A DNA stretch of 64,000 nucleotides from Tubiluchus corallicola (lineage: Eukaryota > Animalia > Priapulida). A program made the position numbers and the translations under genes. The DNA lies in contig JAQGDQ010000293.1 of NCBI GenBank assembly GCA_030141605.1, positions 124,001 to 188,000 of the forward strand, written 5' to 3'. Positions 41,550 to 55,334 of this stretch are shown piece by piece. Within the stretch, counting starts at the first letter, position 1. Each line of letters begins with the position of its first letter. Below the pieces are notes generated by a model. The model saw only the letters and a list, made by a program, of their open reading frames with translations. It had not been told where the DNA came from and did no database searches.

Positions 41550-41780
41550 CGATGATGATGATGATGATAATGGCGACGACGACGACGATGATGACGAAGG
41601 TAGTGGTAGTGATACTAATAAGCAGATTTCAATGCTATTATCGCCACTTTGGTATTCAAAACGAAGGACGGAAGTTACATTCAAACTGAAAAAATATGAT
41701 GATGGTGGTGGTGGTGGTGGTAGTGATGATGAAGATGATGATAATGATAATGGCGACGATGACGACGATGATGACGTTAA
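41195..41780. repeat. ~190-bp composite tandem repeat (3 copies) with embedded GAT/GGT/GAC microsatellites
   Basis: Unique block gaaggtagtggtagtgatactaataagcagatttcaa...ggaagttaca recurs at ~41208, ~41399, ~41596. Confidence 0.9.
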
Positions 41781-42080
41781 TGATAAAGGCAAAATGCTAT
41801 ACATCATGCTAACTTATGTGCGGCTTAACTACGCAAATTGAGCAGGAAAGATCCGCAATGAACCAATCAGCGCATAATGACAAAACCAGTCAACCAATCA
41901 GGCATCAGTAAATGAAGATAAGCATGTTTACAGTTTGGAAAAGATAGGGCGGTTTGCAAAAAAAGGACTCTTGAAATAGTGCTGAAGATCCATTTATTAG
42001 CAAGTGCTTTGCTCTTCAATGTAAAGCTCTCCTCGAGATCTGTATTTTGCTGTATAGATTTCAGTTTTTTTATAGATAAT

Positions 42081-42585
42081 AAAAAACCGAACCCAATCTT
42101 AAACTGTAGGTCAAAACAATCTACTCTTTAAAATATTGAAAGGAAACAAACTAGAGTTATTACCACACAAATACAATTTCACGTTCGCGCCACTAGTTCT
42201 TCGCTGTTACACGCATTTTGCCATTCGCTAGTTAGACGAGCACTAGCGCCTTTCGGAAACGCATTGTACAAAAAACAGGTGCTGTACCTCTGAGTTCAGA
42301 TGAGTTAGTTTGGGACGAACTACACATGTTCGGCAGCTCATGCGTGTGTACAGCGGTAAATTTGAAATTGAAAACTTTGAAAACTTGCCGAATTTTAGTA
42401 CAACACACTGAGTATCTTACAGTAGCACTGTACTTCAATTTTCGCTTTCGCAGGTTTTTTAGTTTAAATTTTTAATCTACGATTTAATTACCAGAAATGC
42501 TTTTGCTGAAATATTGGTGTTAAAAGGTACACTTTTTATCGGACTTGAAAATGGGGTAGTATATGAAAAATCATCCTGCGTTTCT
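42081..42585 (+). mobile_element. Kolobok-like MITE family A
   Basis: Collinear with 55335-55919; right end aaaaatcatcctgcgtttct+TTAA. Confidence 0.85.
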
Positions 42586-43334
42586 TTAAAAAAATAAACA
42601 TAAATTTGCCAAGGGGCGCATTTTTCTCTAATTCCCAGGGTTTCGATGAGATTTACTTCATCGCGTACACGGCTAAAGAAAACAACGAGGTATTTTAATT
42701 AAATTTCCGGGAGCGCTGGATAAAACTTCGTAATTTTCCCAGACTGATCGTACAGACTAATTAACACGCCATAATAGTCATTAACCTCGTCATTTGTTTT
42801 ATCACGCAATTGCAGTCATTAATCCTATCATTTGTTTTCCACTGATGTTGTTTCGTGCCGCCAGGGGGCTTGCACCAAACTCGGCTTATAAATGCTTTTA
42901 GCGCACGACACGTTTCATGTGGGTTTAATGAACTCATAACGGCCTTAAGTTTTGAGTTGTTGACGAATACAAATAATCTTCAGCATCTAGATCTTGTATA
43001 AAGGTTTTCTGATTTGTTTTACTTGCTCTCGTATGAGACTGTGCGGCGTTAATCATTCTCCTTTAGAGTACCATGTTAGGCTCCCTCGATAATGGAAAAT
43101 ATAATTTTATACAATACCTCAAAGCGATGATTCATTACAACTTTTGTGTGTCGTCTCACAAAGCTGTAATGTGAATTTGGTTAGCATTCCTGCGTTCAAT
43201 AATCTCTCTGAGTGGTTTCATTTGCCATACCGATTCTGGCTGTTTACTTCATTACCGAAAGCGGTAAGGTATCTCTGCCGGTCAGTGGCTCATCTAAAAA
43301 TGTTATGGAGCTTTGAGACTAGCGAATTTTTTGA

Positions 43335-43608
43335 TCAAGTTAACTCGCCAAGTAACTCGCAAGTGTGTTTAGACTAGAGAGCTAAACTTGCAGCGAATTA
43401 CTCTCCGACGGTAAATGTGAACTGACACTCACTTCTCTATTCACTGCGAATTGGGTCGAGGTTAACTGACCGAGGCGTTCACACTGCTCAGTAACTCGTA
43501 GTAATTGTCGGAGAGTTTGCAATAATTTGCCGGCAGTTCCTCGCATAACAGTTCACATCTGCGAGTTTGCTGTCAGAGAGAAAACTCGCTAGTGTGAACG
43601 CGCCGTTA
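43335..43608. mobile_element. PIF/Harbinger-like MITE remnant
   Basis: Terminal agtgtgaacgcgcc, internal ggcgttcacact, and repeated aactcgc/gcgagtt motifs. Confidence 0.4.
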
Positions 43609-43766
43609 CTTTTGATGTCCCAGGTTCCAGCCTGTCCACACTGACTTAACAAAGGTGTTATTCTGCACAAGGTCTACTACTTATAACAATGTACATCGCG
43701 TTGTAATAGCTGAAATTCTCTTAATTTTTTGGCTACATTTGTCTACACCGGTTTAATACGGAGATA

Positions 43767-44227
43767 CGTTGTTGGCATCCTTCTGTCTCGGAAGACAATG
43801 GAGTGTGCGCCAAGAGAGTCAGGTATTGATCACATTGATGGAGCTGCAGCGTCGACTGTGGCTGAGCAGTCCGATCCTTGAACCACTGGAGTGGCCTCTC
43901 CAGGACGCACGCCTGGGCAAGCTGTATGGAGATCCTGAGTTGCCAAGACAATAGGAACCCCCTTTCTTCCTCCCTGGTGTAGTCCAAAGGAAAGCGGAGC
44001 GATACGTTTGGCACCAGGTTGGCTGCAGGAGCTGCCGGAGTCAATGAGCACGCTGCACTGGTCCGCCTTCGGGCTCCACTCCTGATTTGGAAGGTTTACT
44101 CCTCTACACATGGCCGTTGGGTCACTTGACATCCTCCGCCCTCTAGCCGTTGGCTGCTTGTGCAGCTCTTCCGCCTAGTGTCGAGATACAGTGTGGGCAT
44201 CCCGCAGGCCTACAGCACCTGGTATTC
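43767..44227 (-). mobile_element. SINE with 5S rRNA-derived 5' end and RTE (BovB-like) body and tail
   Basis: 12-bp TSD aatacggagata/aatacggggata. Minus strand starts gaataccaggtgctgtaggc (5S rRNA 3' end) and ends ctccattgtcttccgagacagaaggatgccaacaac (RTE-type 3' end). GC-rich versus flanks. Confidence 0.75.
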
Positions 44228-45543
44228 AATACGGGGATAAAATGTAAAATATTTGGTTTATTTAAAAAATGTGGCAAACGTGTGTTTCCCTGGTACTCAA
44301 CTTATAACTCATATTAATGGCTTAATTATTTGCGAAACAATTGACGCCTCGTGCGGTTGCTTACACGAGTCAACACGGTGGAAATTTACTAGAATTATAG
44401 ACTCGGTAAAAGCGTATGTGGTTGTGCAGTGACTGCTCACGTATAGGTACTGTGGAACTATATTCACTCGATATTATCGATAATATTCAATATAATATTT
44501 TAATAATTTTTTTTTGTTTCGTTCTTTCTTTATACTTGTACGGAAACAGAGCACGTGAGTGTAGTACAGTTTGCTTCACAGCCCAGTACAATGCCTTCCA
44601 GCATACATGTCGAGGTAGAAAAAGTAACACCGTTTGTTTCAGTTGTCGTGCTTACCGTGAATGGATCAAGCTTTTAGTAAGCAAAAAATGTTTTTTTATG
44701 ATTGTATGAAGTTTATGTATAAGTTTTTGTATGCTTGTTTGTTTAAAATTACAATTACAAATTACAACATTAAAATTACATATGTTTGTTTCGCTTTACA
44801 CAGTATTAAAATAATGGCTAAAAATTTTCTGAAGCAACAGCCCCACTAATTTTAGCTACGAGTCGCCAATGTGGTTGTGCTTGTGCACACAGGATACAAA
44901 GCCATTGTAAAGCATTCTTTAGAAGCCGTATACTGTTGTCAGTTGGATTGTGTTAACATTGTCTGTTGTTTCTCATCTGTCTTCTGTTGTTTCATTATTT
45001 GCTTAGCTGGTTTCACACACTGTGAAATATCTCAGTGGTAGCCGCAGTTTTTGCCTTTTATGTCTCTTGACAGTAAATATTTCAATTAAACTTACTTCTT
45101 TTTTCGTAATAGGTTTAATTGTTTAGGTAAAGCGGGAAACTCTTTGAAGTACGCCATTGTAACAAACTTATGATTACGTCTGGATATTTTTTGTTGAGAT
45201 TGCATTGCGTTTAAATGTCATTATTATTCAAAATCATTGAAGAAAGTTAATTGGCAGTTATTATAAAAAGTTATCAGAAAAGTGTTACTAATTGACATTA
45301 AACTAAACAAAAAGTACAATTAAGCTGTAGGAATGAAATTCAAAGTGCCACTTAGAATTTTTATACGTTGGCTATAATGTTCTGTTATTTATTTATATAT
45401 TATAATATTATGTACATTGTTTCATATCGAGTTTTCAGATCGTCTTTAGTTCTCCATTAGTCATGCAATAAAACAGAAAACGCTCAACCAAAGAGCAGAC
45501 TCATTCATAAATGTGAAATCTTGCATTTCTGACGACCAATTAA

Positions 45544-45660
45544 AGCAAAACCGGTGCAAATATTAAACTATAGGTCAAAACATCTACTGTCTAAAATATC
45601 GAAAGGAAACAAACTATTTTTTCAAAAATGACTTACGTGAAAGAATGATATCCACACATT
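45544..45660 (+). mobile_element. Kolobok-like MITE family A, left end only
   Basis: TTAA+AGCAAAACCGG...aaaatgacttacgtgaaagaat. Confidence 0.75.
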
Positions 45661-46149
45661 ATTAATCAAGCACAATGCGTATAATACAAAAAGGTAGTAA
45701 AATCCAGGTTCTAGATGACATGAAGCCATCTTTACCTACCAACTCTCAAGACGGTGAAGTACAGTAATCAATCCAACCTGTAATCAACTAGAATTTTGTA
45801 CATATGATTCTTTGCAAATCATTTGCAGTTCTTTGTGTGATCATGCAGACAATTCAAATAAAGTCGTAATTAGACACGTGCACAGACGTCCGGAAAGCTA
45901 AAAATCACTAGCAGCGTCAAAATCTGATACTTTCTGCGACTGTAGTAGGTCTAAAATCTTGGTTGTCATGTTGTAATTAACAGCAGAAGTTTCAAATAAT
46001 CACTATTAATCGCATAGTAGTGATAGCTCTGTTATTATAAATTTGATATTTTCATTTTTCTAAGAACAAACCAGCCTCCGAGATAGCCCTTTAAAGATAA
46101 CTCAGCTTGTGGTAATTTAAACCCAGGTCTTGGCTTAATTAGGGAGTTG

Positions 46150-46955
<806 letters not shown>

Positions 46956-47889
46956 GCTGCGTGCTCATATCTGTGATGGTCATTTTGTAGAAAAACAGAA
47001 TAACAATCTTGCAGTTAAAGTGAAAATATTTGAAGTTGCCAGTCGCCGTGATGCAGGAAGATCCCAATGCAAAATTTGTATTTGAAATCATTGTGGTTTT
47101 GCGTCGTGCTTTTTGCTTTCTGTTAAACAATAATTGTATGCAAACGTATTATTGTAACTTCGGTGAAGTTATATAATCTCCTTGTCGCTTTGTGAATTAC
47201 ATTTTAAGAGTTGTTAATGGAACATGTGCATAAGAAATTTAATCTCATGTTAGAACATATTGAATGTGGGTTTAAGAAACAAGTGAACTAAAAAATGTGC
47301 ATCTTTCGGATTTAGGCCCACTTAGAAATTATAATGCATGCAAGCTTAAAGCAGTTTTCCAAATTGTTAGCTTTGTATCGTATATTTTTATGAAAGTGAC
47401 AAAATCACATTGGTTTGCAAATAAGTGAAATGAGCACGACAAATATAACAAATTGCAATGTAAATTGTTAAGACATCGAAAAAGTCAACAATTCCAAATG
47501 TGCATTTGTAATTTTCTTCCCATGGGCCCTTTCTAGTTATTTGAAGTTGAAATCTAATTGCCCCTAAGAAGGCTCGTAGGGCAGAATAGAAAAGACTCAG
47601 TGCTCACTTTGAATTATATTAATTCAAAATTGCTCTTTAACGACCCAAACTTTCTTTCTGTCTGTCTGTTTGTCTGTGTGTCTGCTCTCTGGCTGTCTGC
47701 GTGTTTGTCTGCATGTCTGCTCTCTGTCTTTTGTCTGTATGTCCCACCACAGTCATTTACATTATGTAGATACTGGTCATTGAGCGCTGGAACCAGGCAT
47801 GCGCCGAAATGTATGCTTAGTTTTAAACTAAATTCTTGGCCTGCCATCTTTAGACATTTGCACACGTATTTGCTATTGAATCAACATAG

Positions 47890-48220
47890 TTTATCCCTGA
47901 TCTATGACGCTGATTGAATCATCATGGTTTATCACTGATCTATGACGCTGATCGAATCATCATGGTTTATCCCTGATCTATGACGCTGATCGAATCATCA
48001 TGGTTTATCACTGATCTATGACGCTGATCGAATCATCATGGTTTATCACTGATCTATGACGCTGATCGAATCATCATGGTTTATCACTGATCTATGACGC
48101 TGATCGAATCATCATGGTTTATCACTGATCTATGACGCTGATCGAATCATCATGGTTTATCCCTGATCTATGACGCTGATCGAATCATCATGGTTTATCA
48201 CAGATCTATGACGCTGATCT
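47890..48220. repeat. 38-bp minisatellite, ~8.5 copies
   Basis: Unit ctgatctatgacgctgatcgaatcatcatggtttatc(a/c). Confidence 0.97.
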
Positions 48221-48825
48221 TTACCGTCATGGTTTTACGCCGTCTTCAATTATCTGCGTTGCAAACGAAATTTGTGACAAGAACCCTAGTAGGCGAAAGG
48301 TTGCTTTCTTAAAACATCAGTGTTTGACCTTAAAACAAAAAAAATCATCTTGACCTTGAATGAGGTCACGCGTGCGCCAAGCTCGTAATCAAAATCTGAC
48401 CACAACGCTTCAGTTATATGCTGTGAAGTTTGACTGTCCAAATTTTCACATGTTGTCACGTTTCACGGCGGAGTGTCGCCTTTTTCTGCCCCCCCCCGCT
48501 ATATATTCATAAGCTTTGCAGTGCGCTAAGGTTGCTCATTTTAGTAAATGGACGACTTATGGGCTTCATTGATAATAATTTCATTTTTATTCAGTACTCA
48601 GCGATTTCAGATAATTAAATGTGCCGTTTGAAATTTGGTTTTGGTGAAACTTGGTGTAGTGCACAGAGTTGCTAATATTCGTACCAATAGTAATGGAAGA
48701 CCTGCGGTATACTTACATTATTGTACTGTATGATATGCTGCACTATGCTGCCCCCTCTTTTGGGTAATTTAAATTATTGTATTTTGATATAATTTTTAGG
48801 TTACCAGTCGAGCTACAATTACCCA

Positions 48826-48827
48826 TA

Positions 48828-48868
<41 letters not shown>

Positions 48869-49100
48869 AATGATAATGATAACGATAACGATAATGATAA
48901 TGATAATAATAATATTGCAAGTTAGCAATATATTTTGCCCATTTGCTCATTAGATTGTTTATTTATTTTTTTCATTCTTTCATTCAGTTGCTTTTATTTG
49001 TTTGTCTGTATGTACGTCTGTTTGTTTGTTTATATGTTTGTCTGTTTGTTTGTTTATTAATTTGTATGTATGTATGTTTGTTTGTATTTTTGTTTAAACA
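48826..49100. repeat. (GAT)n and degenerate (TTTG)n microsatellites
   Basis: Directly visible. Confidence 0.85.
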
Positions 49101-49379
49101 TTTGTTCTTTCGTGCACTGACCCCTCATTAATTCACTCATATCTTCATTTTTCACTTTTTTATTGTGTTATTTGTTTGTTAAATTCTGGCATTTACACAC
49201 TACCTATTGTTCTTTATTGTCTTATGAGAAATAATTACAATGCATTTCCTGGGTTGTAATGGTTTTAAATATGGCTTCCAAGCCACATGACTTTCTACAT
49301 GGCTTCGTGAACATACATTTATAATTCAACATGTTCCTAAAAGTAGTTTTGATATAAGATTGTTTCCTTTTTCTTGCAG

Positions 49380-49552
49380 CATCAAAGAAATTCCATTCAC
49401 TCTTCCGCCAACAATACCGGGACAAGGACATCCTATGCCATCTGGTCGTCATGGTTACGCATCGACTCTCCATAGCAACGTCGTGCGTGAAGACTCTCAA
49501 AGCACGGGTTCGGGATCCGAGCCGTCAACACCTGTCGCCATAGACTTTCCAG
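49380..49552 (+). CDS. SYT15: Synaptotagmin-15-like, cytoplasmic linker exon
   Basis: tttttcttgcag acceptor and ccag|gtatgc donor. Encodes IKEIPFTLPPTIPGQGHPMPSGRHGYASTLHSNVVREDSQSTGSGSEPSTPVAIDFP; PFTLPP resembles SYT15 PFVVPP. Phase 2 in, phase 1 out, matching both neighbours. Confidence 0.85.
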
Positions 49553-49579
49553 GTATGCTTCGCTTACTAAAATCTAAAG

Positions 49580-50242
49580 CAGTGTTTCCTAAACTTTCTC
49601 GGACCGTTACCCAAATCGGGAAACCCGGTCGTGTCCATTACCCCCCACCTAGTACTACTTCTCCAACTCAAAAAGTAAACACACGTATATGCCACAAGCA
49701 AGCAAACTTATTTATGTTTGCTCGTGACATAAATAAATTTCCAGGTGTTGTTGTATTGTTATCAAAACAAGAATTACAATTACTGAATCTGCTCATTACT
49801 GAGTGAGCAGGTTCGTTCGAGTAATTATTACTCGAACAAACGAAATTACTGGAACAAACGAAAACAAGAAGAAATGAATGACAACAACAAAATCTCAGTT
49901 AGTGGGACGGATGTTTTTCGGACGCCAGTTTCTCAATCCTGGGTTTCGTCAGGCTCAAAGCAACGCGTGCATCGCTTTCCACGTCCAACCTACTTCTTTT
50001 CTTTGTTTTCATGTTCATTATGGACGAAAAACCTTGTTCACACAGATACGTTGTTGAAAAACACGTGAGAATATTCAATGCCCGTTCTGCAAGGACTGGT
50101 GAACTGGCCATCTCTCCTATCCAGAACTCTTCCAGAATGCATTCCGAGCGAAGTTTTAAAAATTTTCAGAGGGGTGCCCGTTACCCCCCAAAAAAACCAT
50201 ATTACCCCGGGGGGTAATTTACCCTTACTTTGGGAACCACTA
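49580..50242 (-). mobile_element. Non-autonomous hAT (Buster/Charlie-type) transposon retaining the transposase C-terminus
   Basis: Perfect 8-bp TSD atctaaag; TIRs CAGTGTTTCCTAAA / TAGTGGTTCCCAAA; minus ORF EEFW...PVLAERALNILTCFSTTYLCEQGFSSIMNMKTKKRSRLDVESDARVALSLTKPRIEKLASEKHPSH* (hAT dimerisation domain). Confidence 0.95.
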
Positions 50243-51659
50243 ATCTAAAGCTACATTCCCAGATGTGAAATTTTTAATGGCCATAGAAGCGGCCGGACTC
50301 CCGCTACATATCCAGACAAGGAAAGAAGATGGAATGGTCAGTTACAGGTCTACTTGCAATAATAATAATGCAGCCACAATGCATGCAAAAAATCTTATTG
50401 ACTACGAGAGTCATTGCTATTTCGCTCTTCAAATGGGCTTTAGAAAAATCGTAGATTTAAATTAAAAATTACGTATACATACATTTCTCGGGCCCTGTGT
50501 GTACAAGCTGAGATGTCATACCTGTACCTTAAATACATAATTCTTCTGGCAGGTATGCTACTAATAAATGACCGAAATCTTCAGGTAAACTATAATATGG
50601 CGGTTGTGCATAACCTGACCTCGTCTGCATGACATGACCCGCATCGTACTGTTGAAAGTTAACAACATGCAAAACAAAGTTTAATGTAGTTTGTAGTTAG
50701 CAAATTTCAGAAATGGAAGAAATAAAATAATAAAGATACTGCCTGACATTTTTAGACGCATAACACTTTCTGCATTTATAGACTTAGGAAATTTTAATTG
50801 AACTTCCTTTAATTCGCTAGTGGCGCCAAAGTTTTTTAGTTCATGAACTAATCGTGCCATTTATAAGAATTTTATGTCTGTCGAACAAGCGAACAAACGA
50901 AATAGATGATTTGCTTTGAGTTGTTAATTGTAAAAGTAGTACAAATAAGCTTGTTTGATACAATATATAAAAATACTTATATTTTATCTTGTCAAAAATG
51001 ATAATTTTAATGATATTCTGATTAAATTTTTTCCCATCAAGTTTCTACATTTTCGTTTTCGCTAGTTTATTATAAAATCATATAGATCTTTATTGCGATT
51101 TTATTTAAAAAATTCTTATTAGTCTTGTGGTTTTAATTAAATAGGCCCAGTTAAATTTCATGATATGGATAATGATCTGCTTCAAATTAGTGCCTGAGAA
51201 TTATTGAAACTAAAGTTATCGGAATTTATCTTGCACGTAATGTAGATATTCATGGAGTCATCTTACATATCACGATTGTTTAATTTAACCTCAATACGTG
51301 CCTAGCGTCGCATTGGCTTCTATATGAGTGCTGACAAAGAGTTAATTCGGATTACAGCATACCGGAAGTCGTTCGTGACTGGGCAGGCGTTTCGGTATTT
51401 ACACAATGATAATGTCACGTGATCTTGAATGATAATGATTCATTTTCGTTCTTGTCAAGAGAGGAATTTACTTGGTTTCTGAAACGATTATATACTTACT
51501 ACGTGCTTCCAATTTAAACGCAATCTGACTTGTGTTTAGTTCGAGTTGATGAATGTAGTCTACACACGGTAACGGCAATGAGAAACAACGATAACCTTGT
51601 TTGTCTGTCAGATTTTTATAAATTGACATAAGATCGTAGTGTTGACAAGGCCGTATTTT

Positions 51660-52560
51660 TGCCATTGTAAAGCAAAACAGATTTTATTTTCTCTTATTGT
51701 AAGACACAGCAAGAATATATTTACTGTTAGTGTAAAACCTAACAGGATTATGCCTGTGTTAATGTAAGGCCTACAGAACCATACCTACTGTTACTGTAAG
51801 GCTCAACAGATTGTACTTTCTCCTAGTGTAAGACCCAAGTGGATTGTACTTGCTCTTGTTGTAAGAACCAACAGAATTGTACTTGCTCTTATTGTAAGAC
51901 CCAGCAGAATTGTACTTGCCCTTCTTGTAAGACCCAGCAGGATTATGCCTGAATTCATGTAATGCCTACAGACCATACCTACTGTTACTGTGCGGTTCAA
52001 CAGACTATACTTTCTCTTAGGGTAAGACCCAACAGGGTAGTATTTGCTCTTGCTATAAAACTCAACAGTATTGAACCTACTTCTGATGTAAGGTCCCAAC
52101 AGAATTGCACTTGATCCGTTATTGTAAGAACCAGCTGAACTGTACTTGCTCTTATTGTAAGACCCAACTGGATTATACCTTCTCTTATTGCAAGACCCAA
52201 CGGGATTATACCTTCTCTTATTGCAAGACCCAACGGGATTATACCTTCTCTTATTGCAAGACCCAACGGGATTATACCTTCTCTTATTGCAAGACCCAAC
52301 GGGATTATACCTTCTCTTATTGCAAGACCCAACGGGATTATACCTTCTCTTATTGCAAGACCCAACGGGATTATACCTTCTCTTATTGCAAGACCCAACG
52401 GGATTATACGTTCTCTTATTGCAAGACCCAACGGGATTATACGTTCTCTTATTGCAAAACCCAACGGGATTGCACTTACCGGATTTGTAAGACTCGAAAC
52501 AATTGTACTTGTTCTTATGGTAAGTCCAACAGGATTGTATTTGCCTCTATTGTGAAACCC
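51660..52560. repeat. 33-bp minisatellite with homogeneous core (52160-52470) and degenerate flanks
   Basis: Unit ttattgcaagacccaacgggattataccttctc; flanks keep gtaagaccca.cag.attgtactt. Confidence 0.95.
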
Positions 52561-53289
52561 TACATCATTTGGATGATTTTCATAGACGGCTTTTCGATGT
52601 TTCAAACAAAGGAATTTCATATTTACGTGAAGACCTGTGTGTAAAGTAACTGCGAAGGGTTTTACAACAATAACGTCACCTATCAGGCAAAATATCATTC
52701 ACTGTGGCACACCATCTACTTCGGCATCTAGTCCGAGTACATGTAGTATCCAATTGATCCAAACATTAGTGAACCTAACAGCACCTTCAAGCGGCCCAGG
52801 GGGAGAACTACAGTTAATTTTCGGGAAATTTTCACTGCTAAACTAGTAGGCCCTAAGTCAACGTTTCAAAATGAAACAACATAGCAGGGTAACGATTAAC
52901 CTGTCAGCAAATCAACGTATGTCTTAATTTGCAGAGAAATTTCAAACGTTGTTGTAACGTTATTCATTACATCGTTGGCAGCAATTATTCTGTTTCACAA
53001 AAGGCGACGCTACAGTCAAACGTGACGTAAATGAAAACAAAACCCATCTCGGCGGCTTCAGCGTTTAACCACTTTCTTCTGTGAAGCCATTCTTCTTTGT
53101 AGAACCTTGCGAAACCTGATTGTATTTTCTCCTCATTTGTATTCCGTGCGGTTGTCGGACGGTAAAAGATACGCCAGTTTCTTGATGAATTAAACACGCT
53201 TCCTTAATTACTTTCTGATATATTTTAGATGTACCGACAGTATCACTGACGTTGTAAAATCGTCCACGCCAATGTTAAGTCGTCCACTG

Positions 53290-53645
53290 GCTAGTTTTAA
53301 TCACAATAAAGGGAACTTGTATAGAATTGTAACAGGGAAAAGCACCGAATGGTACAGATCCATTCTCTTTGTACTTGGAGCTGTACTTTCAGAACGGTGT
53401 ACATTTTAAAACTATTCTTGCAATACCAGAAACGCATTTGAACCTATACTAAAATTATATAAATTTGTTATTTATTATGTGCGTGTTTTTTGGCTCTATA
53501 GCTGTAATGTAATAGCTCTGTATTGTACTTTTGTATTTTGTTGTTGTTTTGTTGTATGTCTGTGATTGTAGTATAATGTATATGCCAATAATAAATTCTA
53601 TTCTATAATATGAGAATAAACTACTACTGCTACTGCTGCTGCTAC

Positions 53646-53709
<64 letters not shown>

Positions 53710-53926
53710 ACTGCTACTGCTACTGCTACTGCTACTGCTACTACCACTGCCCCTGCCACTGCCACTGCCTCCGCCGCCGCCGCCGCCACGACCACCACCA
53801 CCACCACCACCACCACCACCACCACCACCACTACCACTACCACTACCACTACCACTACCACTACCACTACCACTACCACTACCACTACCACTACCACTAC
53901 CACTACCACTACCACTACCACTACCA

Positions 53927-53957
<31 letters not shown>

Positions 53958-54880
53958 CACTACCACTACCACTACCACTACCACTACCACTACTGCTACG
54001 ACAAACTATTCTTGCAATATCAGAAACGCATTTGAACTTATTCTTTCGGCCATCCATAACGATACGAACCTACTCTAAATGATGTCAGAAACTGCTCTGA
54101 TCTTGAAAAGTGACATGCGGTGCGGTATCAAACCATTTTCATAAATTAAGCGTATTCAAACTGTAACTAAAAACATTACTGAAGTTTAACATTAATCGTA
54201 AGCATTATTCATATGGCGGAGACCCGACTCTGTCCATCACGCACGCATGCGCATTGGTTTTTGTCTGTTAAATGCTGTGTTTTTGAAAGGCTGCAAAGTT
54301 TCTGATGGTTTCCTTTTGTCTCCCAAATTGTGGTTGTGGTTATTGTTTCAGAACTCAGAACATTTCTTCCTAGAATACCCTCATTCTTATCATTCCAGAG
54401 GTGCTATGTTCAGTCAATTAAATAACATATTATTGTCTTTAAATATCAATATTTTACAATGTAGTAATAGTGAATTGTTGTCATTGTATTTTTATGGGAG
54501 TGATGATTTTAATGTTGCTGTCAACTGTAAAATTTTTGATTGCTTTCAAAATTACATTAGAAGTAATAAGCGTTTTAATGTGATCAGACCTTAAGTTCCC
54601 TTTTAAGGCTTTTATGTATTTATGGTAAATTTTAAGTTACTATTATTATTAATTTTTATTATTATTATTATTTAGTTGTTATGTTATTCATTGTGTCACA
54701 TCTGCTAACTTTCTATGTATATGTTCTTGCTTATAAGTGTTTGTATGAATGTGTGTCTATTTGTGTTTGTTTGTATTTATTTACTCCATTTTTTCTGCCC
54801 TTCTGCTTGTACTTATATTTGCATGGTAAGGATTCATGTATCAGTTTTAGGAACTGTCTAATCTGAACCAAATAAACTAT
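53290..54880 (+). mobile_element. CR1-group LINE 3' part, interrupted by an insertion at 53451-54002
   Basis: Fragments LYRIVTGK, DVRNCSDL, HARMRIGFCLLN and SEHFFLEYP...LYFYGSDDFNVAVNCKIFDCFQNYIRSNKRF match the C-terminus of CR1/Crack ORF2, followed by a 3' UTR ending in aataaa. Confidence 0.75.
53621..53998. repeat. Compound CTA/CTG/CCG/CCA/CCACTA microsatellite
   Basis: Directly visible. Confidence 0.97.
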
Positions 54881-55334
54881 GTTTAAACTAACTTTGGAAA
54901 TCCTTGCTCGGGACTACATATGAACAGCAATAAGACCTACTTACCATTGGCAGTTTGAGTTGAATCTCATTCACCAACTTGCTCTTGACATTCGGTGACT
55001 TGATCAAAATTTCAATTAATTTCCTACTCCTTTGTCTGCAGCTTGATTTGCAAGCGAATGAAATATTGATGCTTAATTCATTTTGAGATAATGCGACAAA
55101 GGCTGACAGAAAACTGCACAGTAGTCTGATAAAGAAGTGAGAAGGGACCTTGCAAAGTATTATATAAGGTGGTACGTAAGTATGAACTAAATGACAAAAC
55201 ACAATTGACAATGATAATGGGATTTTCATTAAGCTTTAAAACATTGCTGAAGTTGAGATCACATACGATTCGCACGAACTCAAAACCCGGTGTGATCTCG
55301 GCGCACAACAGAACAAAGTTTATCTATTACTTAA

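Noticed and set aside
44208-44227. 5S rRNA gene
   Set aside because: Only ~20 nt of the 3' end is present, as part of a TSD-flanked retroposon.
53229-53410. Extra SYT15 exon after ttttag at 53228
   Set aside because: The required phase-1 frame stops after 9 codons, and the downstream sequence matches a LINE ORF2 remnant.
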